From a virus (taxonomy: Duplodnaviria; Heunggongvirae; Uroviricota; Caudoviricetes), in the IMG/VR virus record IMGVR_UViG_2907227753_000005: 48,421 nt of DNA; one strand, given 5' to 3'. This document shows positions 25,007 to 34,131 of this stretch, in pieces. Position 1 is the stretch's first letter; each line of letters begins with the position of its first letter. The translations under genes were made by a program, and so were the position numbers. Under the pieces are notes generated by a model. It worked only from the letters and a program-made list of their open reading frames with translations, was not told where the DNA came from and made no database searches.

Positions 25007-26263
25007 TTAGAACACCATTTCTTCTTTCGTTGTTTCTTCCCATATACCAGTGTCGAGATCAGTACGCATGAAGACATCCTCGTCCTTCTTACCACCACGG
25101 TTCTTCTTGAGTGACAGCTTGAAGATGTCGTCGATCTTACGAAGGGTAACTACCTTCGTGGCTTTTTGCGCGGGGTTGTCCGACTCTTGGATTTGGTGAA
25201 GCTCAGGAGCCGCGTTCGGGTCTTTCTTCTGATCTTTCGCGGAGTCACGTCCCGCCTGTGCCAACATGATCGTCGGGGTCTTCGTACTAAGGTTCACGTC
25301 ACGAATCCCATTTGTCACATTGATAATGCGGCGACGAATATCACGCTCACCCGTACCGTCCGAAAGGTCATACAATTGGTCAAGTACGATCAAGCCTGGA
25401 CGTTCGGACTCGATAATCGCTCGAATATCCATCGGGGTGAACGGCTTACCACGGTTAGCGTCCTGGGACAGGATAATCATGCGCTGATCCTTCTTCATCA
25501 GCTCCAAAGTGTATTCACGATACAGCTCAGCATCGGTCAGCCGACCCTCGTTTAGGGCACGGTTACTGAAGTGCGCTCTGAAGGTATCCATACGGTAAGC
25601 TACCTCGATTTCAGGCATCTCGGTACTAAGGTAGATAATCGGGTCATTTATGTTAGCTTTTACGAAGGATAGCCATGCGGCATAGGCGAAGAACTCCCCC
25701 ACCCACGACTTACCTTCGTTTGTCCGACCTGCAAGAAGCACGAGGTCATCCATCTTCCAACCACCCGTGAGATCATCGAGTCCTTTGATGCCTGTCGTGA
25801 TTCCTGAAAGACCTGTTTGACCGTGCTTCTCCATGTACTTGTTGTAGCGATCCTCCGCATGTTTAGTCCATTCGTACTGTCCGATGTTTCCTGTGAACTT
25901 CTTCAGCATCACATCGAGATCGTTCCGCATCTTCCACATGGCTTCGAGCGTTTGACCACTGTTGGTCATGTTCGCGTTCTCTACAAGCACTGGACGGTAA
26001 TCCATGTATGCCCTCTGTTCCCGCAGGACGTTAACACAATACTCAACAGGATCAAGGTCTTTCAGAACCCTGAAGTCCTCGAACTCCACCGCCACGGTCT
26101 CAATCGTAGGCATGTGTCCGTTCATGTCATTGCGGAATCCTTCGATCCAAACAACCACATCCTGAAGGGCGACGAAGTAAGTGTTGTCTATTCCATGCTT
26201 CCGCATGAGGTAGGGGTCTTTGCTTTGTAGCCAGTGATTAACATATGAAAGTTCCTCAAGCAC
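25007..26263 (-). CDS. dnaB: DnaB-like replicative helicase
   Basis: Walker A AGRTNEGKS, YLSTEM, IVLDQL, LAQAGR, ESD...Q.AT, L.K.R. Confidence 0.9.
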   Translation of the reverse strand: MLEELSYVNHWLQSKDPYLMRKHGIDNTYFVALQDVVVWIEGFRNDMNGHMPTIETVAVEFEDFRVLKDLDPVEYCVNVLREQRAYMDYRPVLVENANMTNSGQTLEAMWKMRNDLDVMLKKFTGNIGQYEWTKHAEDRYNKYMEKHGQTGLSGITTGIKGLDDLTGGWKMDDLVLLAGRTNEGKSWVGEFFAYAAWLSFVKANINDPIIYLSTEMPEIEVAYRMDTFRAHFSNRALNEGRLTDAELYREYTLELMKKDQRMIILSQDANRGKPFTPMDIRAIIESERPGLIVLDQLYDLSDGTGERDIRRRIINVTNGIRDVNLSTKTPTIMLAQAGRDSAKDQKKDPNAAPELHQIQESDNPAQKATKVVTLRKIDDIFKLSLKKNRGGKKDEDVFMRTDLDTGIWEETTKEEMVF

Positions 26264-26999
26264 GTTTGATTACCCCCTTAACAGACTCAGGTCTTCTATC
26301 GCGACCCTCAACCTGAACACCAACACAGTCGGATAGTAATCGGGAAACAGTACGCTTACCAATGACCTTCTCGTGAGACAATGCCTTTGAATCGAAGTTG
26401 GATGTGACAATAGTGGAGCGTCCTGCGTTGAATCTTTCATTAACGATCAAGTAGGTTTGCTCAGCCGTAAATTCCGAGGTCGTTCCCGCTCCGATGTCAT
26501 CTAACAGCAGGAATGGGACTTCTTTAATAGAAGAAACACGTCTTTGCACTGCTTCATCATCTCTGCGATAACGTAAATCATCCATTAGATCGGCGTAGCT
26601 GACGAACAACGCTAACGGGTTCTCGAAGTCGAACTTGCTAGTCATGCACGTCTTGTAGATGTATTGGTTCAGAAGCATTGCGGCGTTATATGTCTTACCT
26701 GTCCCCGCTCCTCTGTTCCACAGGAAGAAGTTAGTGCCGTTCTCCTCAACTTCCTCGACGATATTTTCAACGTACACGTTAAGTCCTTCGTAAATGTAGC
26801 GGTTATCATCATCAATCTTGTAGTTGTAGATGTTAGCCTTCAGGTACTTTTTAGGTACCTCTGAAAGCTTCAGTGCTTTATCTAAACGAAACTTTGGGTT
26901 ACACCAATCAGGGAAATCAGGTGTTTCCACCTCCCCTGAATACCTCTTGCAGAATGGTGTAGCCAAACACTTCGCGCAGTCTTTGTACGGGGTATTCAT
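26256..26999 (-). CDS. DnaC/IstB-like helicase-loader ATPase
   Basis: N-terminal Cys cluster, Walker A GAGTGKT, Walker B LLLDDIG, TSN, SRL. Confidence 0.87.
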   Translation of the reverse strand: MNTPYKDCAKCLATPFCKRYSGEVETPDFPDWCNPKFRLDKALKLSEVPKKYLKANIYNYKIDDDNRYIYEGLNVYVENIVEEVEENGTNFFLWNRGAGTGKTYNAAMLLNQYIYKTCMTSKFDFENPLALFVSYADLMDDLRYRRDDEAVQRRVSSIKEVPFLLLDDIGAGTTSEFTAEQTYLIVNERFNAGRSTIVTSNFDSKALSHEKVIGKRTVSRLLSDCVGVQVEGRDRRPESVKGVIKRA

Positions 27000-27010
27000 C
27001 AGATCACTCC

Positions 27011-28051
27011 TTAGCTAAATATGTTGTAGTCAACTCCACCATCGTCTTCAAGCGAAGGCTTCTCGTCTTTCTTGTTCATGTACCACGGAAGCTTACCTGT
27101 ACGAGTGAACTCATCCAGTACCGCTTGGGTGTTCGTGGAGCCAAACAACCTAACTGTCTTTGGGGCGAATTGGTCGATGCTGAAGAACTTATCAAGAGCT
27201 TCCTTGAGGGAACTGTTGTCTCCCTTGGTCTCTCGCATCTTGTGCATCGTCTTCTGATCTTCTTCCGTCCATGAGTAGGCACTGTGGTACTTATCTTGAT
27301 AATGCCGCATGAAGTAAGCGCGGAAATGGTTGGTGTTCCAATCCTCTACGGGAGCTTCATCAGGGTTCTTACTTACACCCTTCCTCTTGGCTTTCTCAGG
27401 CTTCGTAGGGTCTCCCACCTTCTCTACGCCCTCCTCTCGGATTACCTGCGGCTTACGGCGACCTGAAGGCTGTGGTGGCTTAGGTTGCTCAGACATTGAT
27501 TGTCCTGGCTCCTCTACGTGAGTCTCGCCTTGCCACTGTACGAACCACTGCCTTACTTTGTCTTTATGAGCGTTAGGGTCAGACTCTTGAGAGACTGTGG
27601 TGTACACCTCTGAGTCTTTGTAATCTGCCAGGGAGTTAGCGAACACTTCTCGCTCGTCAGACCCAAACAGTTCCTTACGTATCTCATGCACAATCTCCGA
27701 ATGCGCGATCACGGGAACCGTGTGAAGCTCCTCAAGAAGGTACATCAACGGTCTCCCTGGATGTCGTATCGTCTTGATGAAGCCCTTCTTCCTAAGCTCC
27801 TCTACATACTTGGTAACTGAGTTCTTAGACCACCCCAGTTCAGCGCGTAGCAGGGCTTGGCTTGGGAAGCATTCCTTGCTCCCGTTGTAAGCATACTGAT
27901 TAAGATTGTGGTAGAGAGCCTTGGCATCACTCGTGAGAAAGTAACATCTGTCTACCTTGCTGTGGATTTGGGTGAAGCCGAAGTTAACTCCAAACTGAGT
28001 CAGAAACTCTTTCTCAGATGAAGCAAATCTGGTTGTAAATCTCTCCTCCAT
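27011..28051 (-). CDS. replication initiator with N-terminal winged HTH
   Basis: LY..L..Y....CFPSQ..L..ELGWS..SV.KY..EL...GFI; start revised to ATG 28051 (GGAGG RBS, downstream of promoter copy 10). Confidence 0.75.
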   Translation of the reverse strand: MEERFTTRFASSEKEFLTQFGVNFGFTQIHSKVDRCYFLTSDAKALYHNLNQYAYNGSKECFPSQALLRAELGWSKNSVTKYVEELRKKGFIKTIRHPGRPLMYLLEELHTVPVIAHSEIVHEIRKELFGSDEREVFANSLADYKDSEVYTTVSQESDPNAHKDKVRQWFVQWQGETHVEEPGQSMSEQPKPPQPSGRRKPQVIREEGVEKVGDPTKPEKAKRKGVSKNPDEAPVEDWNTNHFRAYFMRHYQDKYHSAYSWTEEDQKTMHKMRETKGDNSSLKEALDKFFSIDQFAPKTVRLFGSTNTQAVLDEFTRTGKLPWYMNKKDEKPSLEDDGGVDYNIFS

Positions 28052-28075
28052 GCTGAATACACACCTCCTACTTGC

Positions 28076-28104
28076 TCTATACGACTTAGGTAGGCGGCTG
28101 TTAA
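28076..28104 (-). promoter_or_regulatory. phage-specific promoter copy 10 (initiator-loader-helicase operon)
   Basis: TTAACA-N15-CGTATAGA. Confidence 0.75.
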
Positions 28105-28108
28105 ATGG

Positions 28109-28137
28109 TTGACAAGGATAATCGTCATGGATATACT
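28109..28137 (+). promoter_or_regulatory. SigA promoter TTGACA-N17-TATACT for the tyrosine recombinase
   Basis: near-perfect consensus with optimal spacing. Confidence 0.85.
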
Positions 28138-28141
28138 CAGG

Positions 28142-28168
28142 ATTATGAGCGATCATATTATGAGCGAT
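28142..28168. repeat. 12-bp direct repeat ATTATGAGCGAT x2 (15-bp period) in the recombinase 5' UTR
   Basis: copies at 28142-28153 and 28157-28168. Confidence 0.6.
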
Positions 28169-28180
28169 GGAGGAACCTGC

Positions 28181-29032
28181 ATGAAACTACTTGAGGATTT
28201 TTGCAATTACATAATGAATGAGAAGAATTTGTCGATGAACACCGTGGACGGTTATGGAAGGGATTTGAGTCAGTTTACTTCCTTTATTGAGAAGCCCGTT
28301 ACGAAGGTTACCACTGAGGATGTTTCTTCTTTTCTGTCTCACCGCCGCGCTGAAGGTGACGGGGTTTCTACCGTTAGCCGCAAACTGTCAGCAATCAAGT
28401 CCTTTTACAATTTTTTGGTTCGCAGAGGTAAGCTCAAGTACAATCCCGCTTCTTCAATAGAAGGAATGAAAAAGCCAAAGCGACTCCCTCGCCCTGTCGA
28501 TTCAGAGGACATTGACAGCCTACTGAATATGATTGATAACCTGAGAGATCGGACTATATTTGAGGTTCTTTATGCTACTGGAATACGTAGGGAGGAGCTG
28601 TGCGCGATAAATATACAAACTGACATAAACTTCAGGAGAGGTGAACTGAGGGTTGTGGGTAAAGGTGATAGCGAAAGAATCATCCCTCTGTTCCCTCGTA
28701 CCCTTGACTATATTAAGTCCCTCTCTGCTGAGCACGGGAAAGAGTGGTTGTTCCCGAGCATCAAGACAGGAGGGCATATCGGTAAGCGACAGATCAATGA
28801 GATCGTTAACAAGTGGACGAGTGCCGCAGGTCTTGAGTGGGTAACGCCACATAAATTCCGACATTCCTTCGCCACCCACCTAATGGATAACGGTGTTGAT
28901 CTCGGAGACATCCAGGAACTTCTTGGGCATAGCAGTCCCGAGACCACAAAAATATACGCAGGGGTAAGTAAGGGTCGTGCTCGTAGCGCGGTCATGAAGC
29001 ACCCATTAGCAACAGAAAAAGGACAGCCTTGA
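28181..29032 (+). CDS. XerC/XerD-family tyrosine recombinase
   Basis: catalytic set TGIR, GKG, HKFRH, LGH, TKIY; SAM-like N-terminal domain; GGAGG RBS before ATG 28181. Confidence 0.92.
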   Translation: MKLLEDFCNYIMNEKNLSMNTVDGYGRDLSQFTSFIEKPVTKVTTEDVSSFLSHRRAEGDGVSTVSRKLSAIKSFYNFLVRRGKLKYNPASSIEGMKKPKRLPRPVDSEDIDSLLNMIDNLRDRTIFEVLYATGIRREELCAINIQTDINFRRGELRVVGKGDSERIIPLFPRTLDYIKSLSAEHGKEWLFPSIKTGGHIGKRQINEIVNKWTSAAGLEWVTPHKFRHSFATHLMDNGVDLGDIQELLGHSSPETTKIYAGVSKGRARSAVMKHPLATEKGQP

Positions 29033-29045
29033 GCTGTCCTTTAGT
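29016..29045. terminator. bidirectional terminator between the recombinase and tail genes
   Basis: AAAGGACAGC/GCTGTCCTTT stem flanked by A-rich and T-rich runs. Confidence 0.75.
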
Positions 29046-29955
29046 ATTTCTTAACGGCGATTCGGTTGCCTTTAGAGTCGTAGAAGTACCTGAAGTTCGT
29101 CTGTGTTGGGGTTGCTCCCATCGTAGAGATCATCCTGTACTCAAGCATACCTGCCGCATCATACTGATAGACCACATCCATCAGTGTCGGGAGCATTACA
29201 AAGTCTACCCCATTAAAGAGGTAAATCTCCCCGATGGATGTTACCAGGAAAGATTCCCCCTGGGAGAAGCCATCCGTACTGTCAGGCATAGTAAGTACTG
29301 GTTCCTTCACGATCTGCTCTACATAGTTGTCAGTAACCACTTGACGAATTACCCGACCTAGGTCATCGAACGCGAAGTAAGTTACCACATCCTTGTACTC
29401 CACCAAATCACTGATCGCATCCCAGGGGTCGATGGTATTAAGCTTCCCACGCTCTGCCGCTGTCATGCTTACGTGGTCTACACCGTCCGTAATCATATCA
29501 GCACTGTGCGTGTCAGGATGCTCGTACTTATTTGCATCACTCTCAATAGCAGAGAGCTTATCTCTCTCAGCCCTGGTCATAGCTACCTTATTGGTTCCAT
29601 CAGAGAGGATGTCAGCACTATGGGTACTTGGGTGGGTATATACCACGATCTTGGTACCGTTAAGGGTCAACGCACCATTATCAGTATCGTTTAGAACCCT
29701 GTCCCCGCTCACCTTTGCGTAACCCTTGGTGCTGTATGTGTACGCCGTTGGCTCTCCCTGATTGCTCGTGTCCTGACGCACCAAGTAAAGCCGCCCAACC
29801 TCTCCTGTAGATGGAAGCTCTGTCTTTAATCTGACCGAGACCACGTTCCCTATCGAGACCGCATCAAGTCTACCATCCAGAGATGAGTATGAATCTCGGG
29901 CTTGCTTGACCTCCCTCTCTACCTTTGCCGCCTTACTGAATGAAACAATATCCAT
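29041..29955 (-). CDS. tail-fibre-type protein with HPxTHSA repeats and C-terminal YD-like repeats
   Basis: EVKQAR...SL..RL motif, 38-aa tandem duplication, YQYDAAG and YFYDSKGN. Confidence 0.65.
   Translation of the reverse strand: MDIVSFSKAAKVEREVKQARDSYSSLDGRLDAVSIGNVVSVRLKTELPSTGEVGRLYLVRQDTSNQGEPTAYTYSTKGYAKVSGDRVLNDTDNGALTLNGTKIVVYTHPSTHSADILSDGTNKVAMTRAERDKLSAIESDANKYEHPDTHSADMITDGVDHVSMTAAERGKLNTIDPWDAISDLVEYKDVVTYFAFDDLGRVIRQVVTDNYVEQIVKEPVLTMPDSTDGFSQGESFLVTSIGEIYLFNGVDFVMLPTLMDVVYQYDAAGMLEYRMISTMGATPTQTNFRYFYDSKGNRIAVKKY
29430..29640 (-). repeat. 38-aa (114-nt) intragenic tandem duplication Y.HP.THSAD...DG...V.MT.AER.KL..I
   Basis: two copies starting at 29640 and 29526. Confidence 0.8.
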
Positions 29956-29965
29956 AACGCACCCC

Positions 29966-30361
29966 CTACCTTGTCGTTAATCCTGTGACCTCAATCCAGA
30001 AGTCAGCAACGTCAGTCCCCAGGTTCTTGATTGAAAGGTGCAGAGACGAAGTACCGTCTGCATCCTCGTAAGGGAGATCGAGCATATCGTAAATACCTTC
30101 CAGGAAGTTACCAGTCGAGTACTGAGCATTGTTGAAGTACAGTATTTCAGGCGTGGTGCCTGAGCTGTCTAATATATTGACCTCTACGTTCGTCTCCCTC
30201 GAAGGGATGACTCGCAAGGTCTTAATCAGGAACCTAGGGTGATCCATCGGTATGGACACGATTGCCTTAGACCCACCGCCTACAGATTCAACTTTCCAAC
30301 CCAGTGCTACAGGCATGAACACCTTTCTCATCTCCTCCATCAGCTTCCATGTTCTGTTCAA
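29966..30361 (-). CDS. virion structural or hypothetical protein
   Basis: beta-rich ORF in the tail operon. Confidence 0.6.
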   Translation of the reverse strand: MNRTWKLMEEMRKVFMPVALGWKVESVGGGSKAIVSIPMDHPRFLIKTLRVIPSRETNVEVNILDSSGTTPEILYFNNAQYSTGNFLEGIYDMLDLPYEDADGTSSLHLSIKNLGTDVADFWIEVTGLTTR

Positions 30362-30918
30362 CTATTGTCCCTCCTTCTCGGGATGTGAGTATCAGGATAC
30401 CTACGGGGTCGAAGTACGGTGGTTGTTCCCCCACCTACTCCATTGTTCGTCCAGTCTCCCCACGTCTTACCTGTAAGGTCTTCTTGGTGAACTGGAATCC
30501 TGACCTTGATAACAGCGTCCAGTCCGTTATAGTTCTCCTTCACTCGTATACCATGTAGGGACTCTCTAACTATCCCTACCCCATTACTACTAGGGACAAT
30601 CTCAACACGTTGGACTAAGTTTAGCTCGGAGGGCTGTCCTAGGAATGTACGCTCCCCGTACTGGTACTTGTCTGAAATAAACCCGTTCAGTTTATCTTCG
30701 TGGTTATCCATCACACGCCATGTTCCCCATCGGTAAATGTCAACCATCTCCGCAGTTGTGCTCAGAAGACCGACCTCATACGACATCTCCCGCCCGTCAA
30801 AAACTTCAGGAACCACTTCCTGGTTGTATCCAATACTGAACAGCTTGGCGATCCTCCCTTTAGGGGAAAGGGAGCCGTTAGCGGCGGCTCCCCCAATACT
30901 TCCGTTATATACTGCCAT
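30358..30918 (-). CDS. virion structural or hypothetical protein
   Basis: ORF in the tail operon with an RBS. Confidence 0.6.
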   Translation of the reverse strand: MAVYNGSIGGAAANGSLSPKGRIAKLFSIGYNQEVVPEVFDGREMSYEVGLLSTTAEMVDIYRWGTWRVMDNHEDKLNGFISDKYQYGERTFLGQPSELNLVQRVEIVPSSNGVGIVRESLHGIRVKENYNGLDAVIKVRIPVHQEDLTGKTWGDWTNNGVGGGTTTVLRPRRYPDTHIPRRRDNS

Positions 30919-30932
30919 CTGTAATCACCGCC

Positions 30933-31724
30933 CTAGTTCATTAGTACGGCGACCGTTGACCCCGTGAGGAAACTCTGACCTCCGATGGACAAGGAGTACA
31001 CCTTATACGTCTTCGTACCCACTTTGATCTCGTCCCCATGGGATACACCTGCTGAAGGTACCGCGTAGATGTCGATGAGTTCTCCCCGCGCACCTTCTAC
31101 CCCGTTGCACATAATCAACGGAGCGAGATGATACAAAGAACCCCATCCTGGGTTTACTGGAAGCATTGCAGAGTAAGCATCATAGATGTTGTTCACCGTA
31201 AGCTTATCCTTGTCTCTGAGAGTCCTGATCCCGTTGTCCCCGTTATAACTCAGACCGATCCCGAGAGCCGAGGAGTCATTCTCAGTTGCATACCTGTTAA
31301 GGACTCCGAAATACCCAAGGTTAGCTACACCTGAAACAGAGTTCACATCACCTTGTAGGTAGATAATGATGCGGTTAGGTTGAACAGATACTTGGTAGTC
31401 GATCAAGAGGTTACTGTCAACCAAAGTGTTATGAACAACGAAGTCCTTCTTAATCTCAGCCCTACTCACGGGAATACTTCCGTCAGCCGACATAACATCT
31501 TCAGCAACACCCACAACTAACTTGTTTCCTGTGATGCTTTTGCTATTACCTACCTCAAGTCGAAAGAACAATTTATCTGTTCCAGTCGTACCTACCGATT
31601 TTAGTACGAGAGAGCTTGCATTCTCGTAATGGATAGACCAAGGAGAGCTGACAATAGTCTTGAACCCTTGGACGATATTTGCGTACAGCTCATTCAATTT
31701 CACTTTACCTGAGAATGTTGCCAT
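30933..31724 (-). CDS. virion structural protein, paralog 3 of a tandem trio
   Basis: shares the Y.G...,P..G..Y...P.....EG.RGE...,G..... module with the two upstream genes. Confidence 0.65.
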   Translation of the reverse strand: MATFSGKVKLNELYANIVQGFKTIVSSPWSIHYENASSLVLKSVGTTGTDKLFFRLEVGNSKSITGNKLVVGVAEDVMSADGSIPVSRAEIKKDFVVHNTLVDSNLLIDYQVSVQPNRIIIYLQGDVNSVSGVANLGYFGVLNRYATENDSSALGIGLSYNGDNGIRTLRDKDKLTVNNIYDAYSAMLPVNPGWGSLYHLAPLIMCNGVEGARGELIDIYAVPSAGVSHGDEIKVGTKTYKVYSLSIGGQSFLTGSTVAVLMN

Positions 31725-31740
31725 GTCTCATGGACACCTC

Positions 31741-32697
31741 CTATATTGGGAATAACAAAGCTCTCTGCCCGCCACCTAGAACACGAGCACCGTGGAAGAA
31801 CTTCGGTCGGGAGTAGAGATTGTTCTGACTAGAGATGTAGTAGTATCTGCCATTGTCAGCGTTAGGGTAATCCTGATCTACTACATGGAAGACGTAGTAC
31901 TTACCGTCAGCTCCTAAGTCTAGGATAGAACCATCAGGGTGTTGAACACCGTTCTTGAATACGATTGATCGCATACCTTTTAACTCTCCGCGAACACCTT
32001 CTTGAGGGTGGTACACCATGAAAGGTGTTACGTAATAGCGAGAACCAAGCCCTGGGGAAGCAAGAGATTCAGTTCCGAAGTTGTATAGTTCATACTCTGT
32101 ACCGTTACGAGAAGTTCTAACTACCCCTCGTGGTGTATCGTACTGATCGGCGGTATTATCGTCATGAAGGTTGAAAGGCATATGAGTAAACACACCGTAG
32201 AACTTGTTAGCAATAGCGGGGTCTTCGGTCTCGACAGCCTGACATCTACCTAGGTAAATCCGAACAGGGTACCCAGTAGTGTGATTGTCCAACCTCTCTC
32301 CGTGAATGAACATTACGTCTTCATTGGTAATGACCGTCCACTTATAGTTGATATTGTACTGCCCTGAATAGCACATGAACGGAGTCTCCGTGTAAGCACT
32401 GCTAGTGAATCCCGCAGGAGGGTTGGTGTACATATCAGGAGTTGCAACGTCGGTACCCAGGTTTTTCATCCCCCACCTGATGCTCACACCTCGCGCATGA
32501 GCGAACACGCACATAGTGAAGCGCATTTGACTGTCTTTCCTGTTGGTAGCAACCGCATTACCCCAGTTAGCGTAAGTAGTTTCCGCTGTGTACTTTACAA
32601 CCCAGTAAGGGTCTACCGCATTGGTTAGTGCGGTAGCTAGTTGATTAGCAAACGTGTTTAGAGTACTTGTGAACTCGTGTCTACGAACCATTGTCAA
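31741..32697 (-). CDS. virion structural protein, paralog 2
   Basis: YPVRIYLGR...EDP.IAN.F.GVF, SRNG, SPG, EGVRGE, PDGSILDLG, GGGQR.LLF. Confidence 0.7.
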   Translation of the reverse strand: MTMVRRHEFTSTLNTFANQLATALTNAVDPYWVVKYTAETTYANWGNAVATNRKDSQMRFTMCVFAHARGVSIRWGMKNLGTDVATPDMYTNPPAGFTSSAYTETPFMCYSGQYNINYKWTVITNEDVMFIHGERLDNHTTGYPVRIYLGRCQAVETEDPAIANKFYGVFTHMPFNLHDDNTADQYDTPRGVVRTSRNGTEYELYNFGTESLASPGLGSRYYVTPFMVYHPQEGVRGELKGMRSIVFKNGVQHPDGSILDLGADGKYYVFHVVDQDYPNADNGRYYYISSQNNLYSRPKFFHGARVLGGGQRALLFPI

Positions 32698-32700
32698 GGG

Positions 32701-33765
32701 TTACACCTCCTTCTCAATCTCAAACAAGAGTACCCTCTGTCCCCCGCCTAAGAGGAGGGAAGAATCAAAGAAATAAGGTTGCCCGTTAACATACGACCCA
32801 CTCGTTGTAAACCACCCTTGGTAGGAAGTGGGGTATGCCTGGGAGGTGGCGTGAAACACGTAGTACCGCTCCTCCCCCAAGTCAAGAATAGAACCATCGG
32901 GGTACTTACTTGCGTCCCTTAGAACTGCTGTCCTCACCCCGTGAAACTCCCCTCGAACACCCTCGTTACCGTGCCACACATAGAAAGGAGAAATAAAGAA
33001 TCTACCGCCCACCCCTGGGGAAGGCACCTGACTACTTGTAGCAAAGTGGTACAAGGCGTTTGGAGTACCATTGCGAGAGCTTCTTACATAACCCGATCCT
33101 GAGCTGTATTTTAGCTCATCCTCGGCATCGTCTAGGCTCATAGGAAAGTGGCTAAATACACCAACGAAGTCGTTTGCAATTAACGGGTCTTCATCTTCAA
33201 AGGGTTTAAGTCTACCCATATACAAACGTACTGGATAAGCCTGGGCAGGGTAGTTTTGCGGCTCCCCGTATACGAAGATGTAATCCTCAGCCGTAAACAC
33301 AGTCCACTTGTAGTACGTGTTTACATGGGAGCTTGTAGTTGCACTACTGTTGACGTATGAATCTCCTGTTTGGAAAGGTATCTCTGACCTGCTACCCACA
33401 TTCGTGGATAGGTCGGGGATGACGGAAGACCCGTTGTTTCTAATCCCTACCTTCATGATGTGGTTCTTGTAGGACATCCTATCACTCCAGGAGTTTACAC
33501 AAGACAAGGTAACACAGATAGTGAAAAACATACTTGGGTCTTTCACATTCTTCGCGGTAATTGTTCCGTAGTTAACAACGTTATGGTTGGTTCCACTCCA
33601 CACCTTAGAGTTCGCGTAAGTGTTGTTTGCGCTATAACCCCACTCCCAGTGAATGTCCCCGTAAAGTTCTTGAGACATGGTATTGTAAAGCTCGGACGCG
33701 AAGGTCGTTGTGGTAGCATAGAACTCATATCTACGTAATGATCCTAACAGTTGATTTTCAGCCAT
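32701..33765 (-). CDS. virion structural protein, paralog 1
   Basis: same motif series as 31741-32697. Confidence 0.7.
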   Translation of the reverse strand: MAENQLLGSLRRYEFYATTTTFASELYNTMSQELYGDIHWEWGYSANNTYANSKVWSGTNHNVVNYGTITAKNVKDPSMFFTICVTLSCVNSWSDRMSYKNHIMKVGIRNNGSSVIPDLSTNVGSRSEIPFQTGDSYVNSSATTSSHVNTYYKWTVFTAEDYIFVYGEPQNYPAQAYPVRLYMGRLKPFEDEDPLIANDFVGVFSHFPMSLDDAEDELKYSSGSGYVRSSRNGTPNALYHFATSSQVPSPGVGGRFFISPFYVWHGNEGVRGEFHGVRTAVLRDASKYPDGSILDLGEERYYVFHATSQAYPTSYQGWFTTSGSYVNGQPYFFDSSLLLGGGQRVLLFEIEKEV

Positions 33766-33779
33766 TCACAGCACCTCCT

Positions 33780-34130
33780 TTAAGCTCCAAATCTTGTCCG
33801 CATGTCTCGCAAGATATGCTCTTTAATTACCGCAAGAAGCACGGCTTTGATGTTGTCGTCACGCTCTTTTACTAACGCAGAGTGCTCCTCGTCCTTGTCC
33901 TGTAATTCCCTCTCCGTTTCCTCCCCTGTAAGGATAAGTTCGGATACGTCAGGAATTGCCTGTAACGAGGGTAGGAACTTTTGAGCTACGCTATCAAACA
34001 GGATATTACTCTGAAAAGAAAACACCAGAGTCTCGAATTCACCTTTTGTGAAAGACTCCTGGTTATTTCCCGAGAGCTTGTCCAGGATAGTAGGGACTGC
34101 AAATTTCACATCCTGTACTGTCTTAGCCAT
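33780..34130 (-). CDS. hypothetical tail-associated protein (possible chaperone)
   Basis: RBS, located directly after a coiled-coil fibre gene. Confidence 0.55.
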   Translation of the reverse strand: MAKTVQDVKFAVPTILDKLSGNNQESFTKGEFETLVFSFQSNILFDSVAQKFLPSLQAIPDVSELILTGEETERELQDKDEEHSALVKERDDNIKAVLLAVIKEHILRDMRTRFGA

Positions 34131-34131
34131 A

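Noticed and set aside
27011-28156. ORF-track starts at 28156 (initiator) and 28109 (recombinase)
   Set aside because: They overlap the divergent promoters; RBS-supported starts are 28051 and 28181.
28181-33765. Shufflon or invertible tail-fibre cassette driven by the adjacent tyrosine recombinase
   Set aside because: All tail genes are co-oriented and complete; no inverted cassettes or repeated recombination sites were seen.
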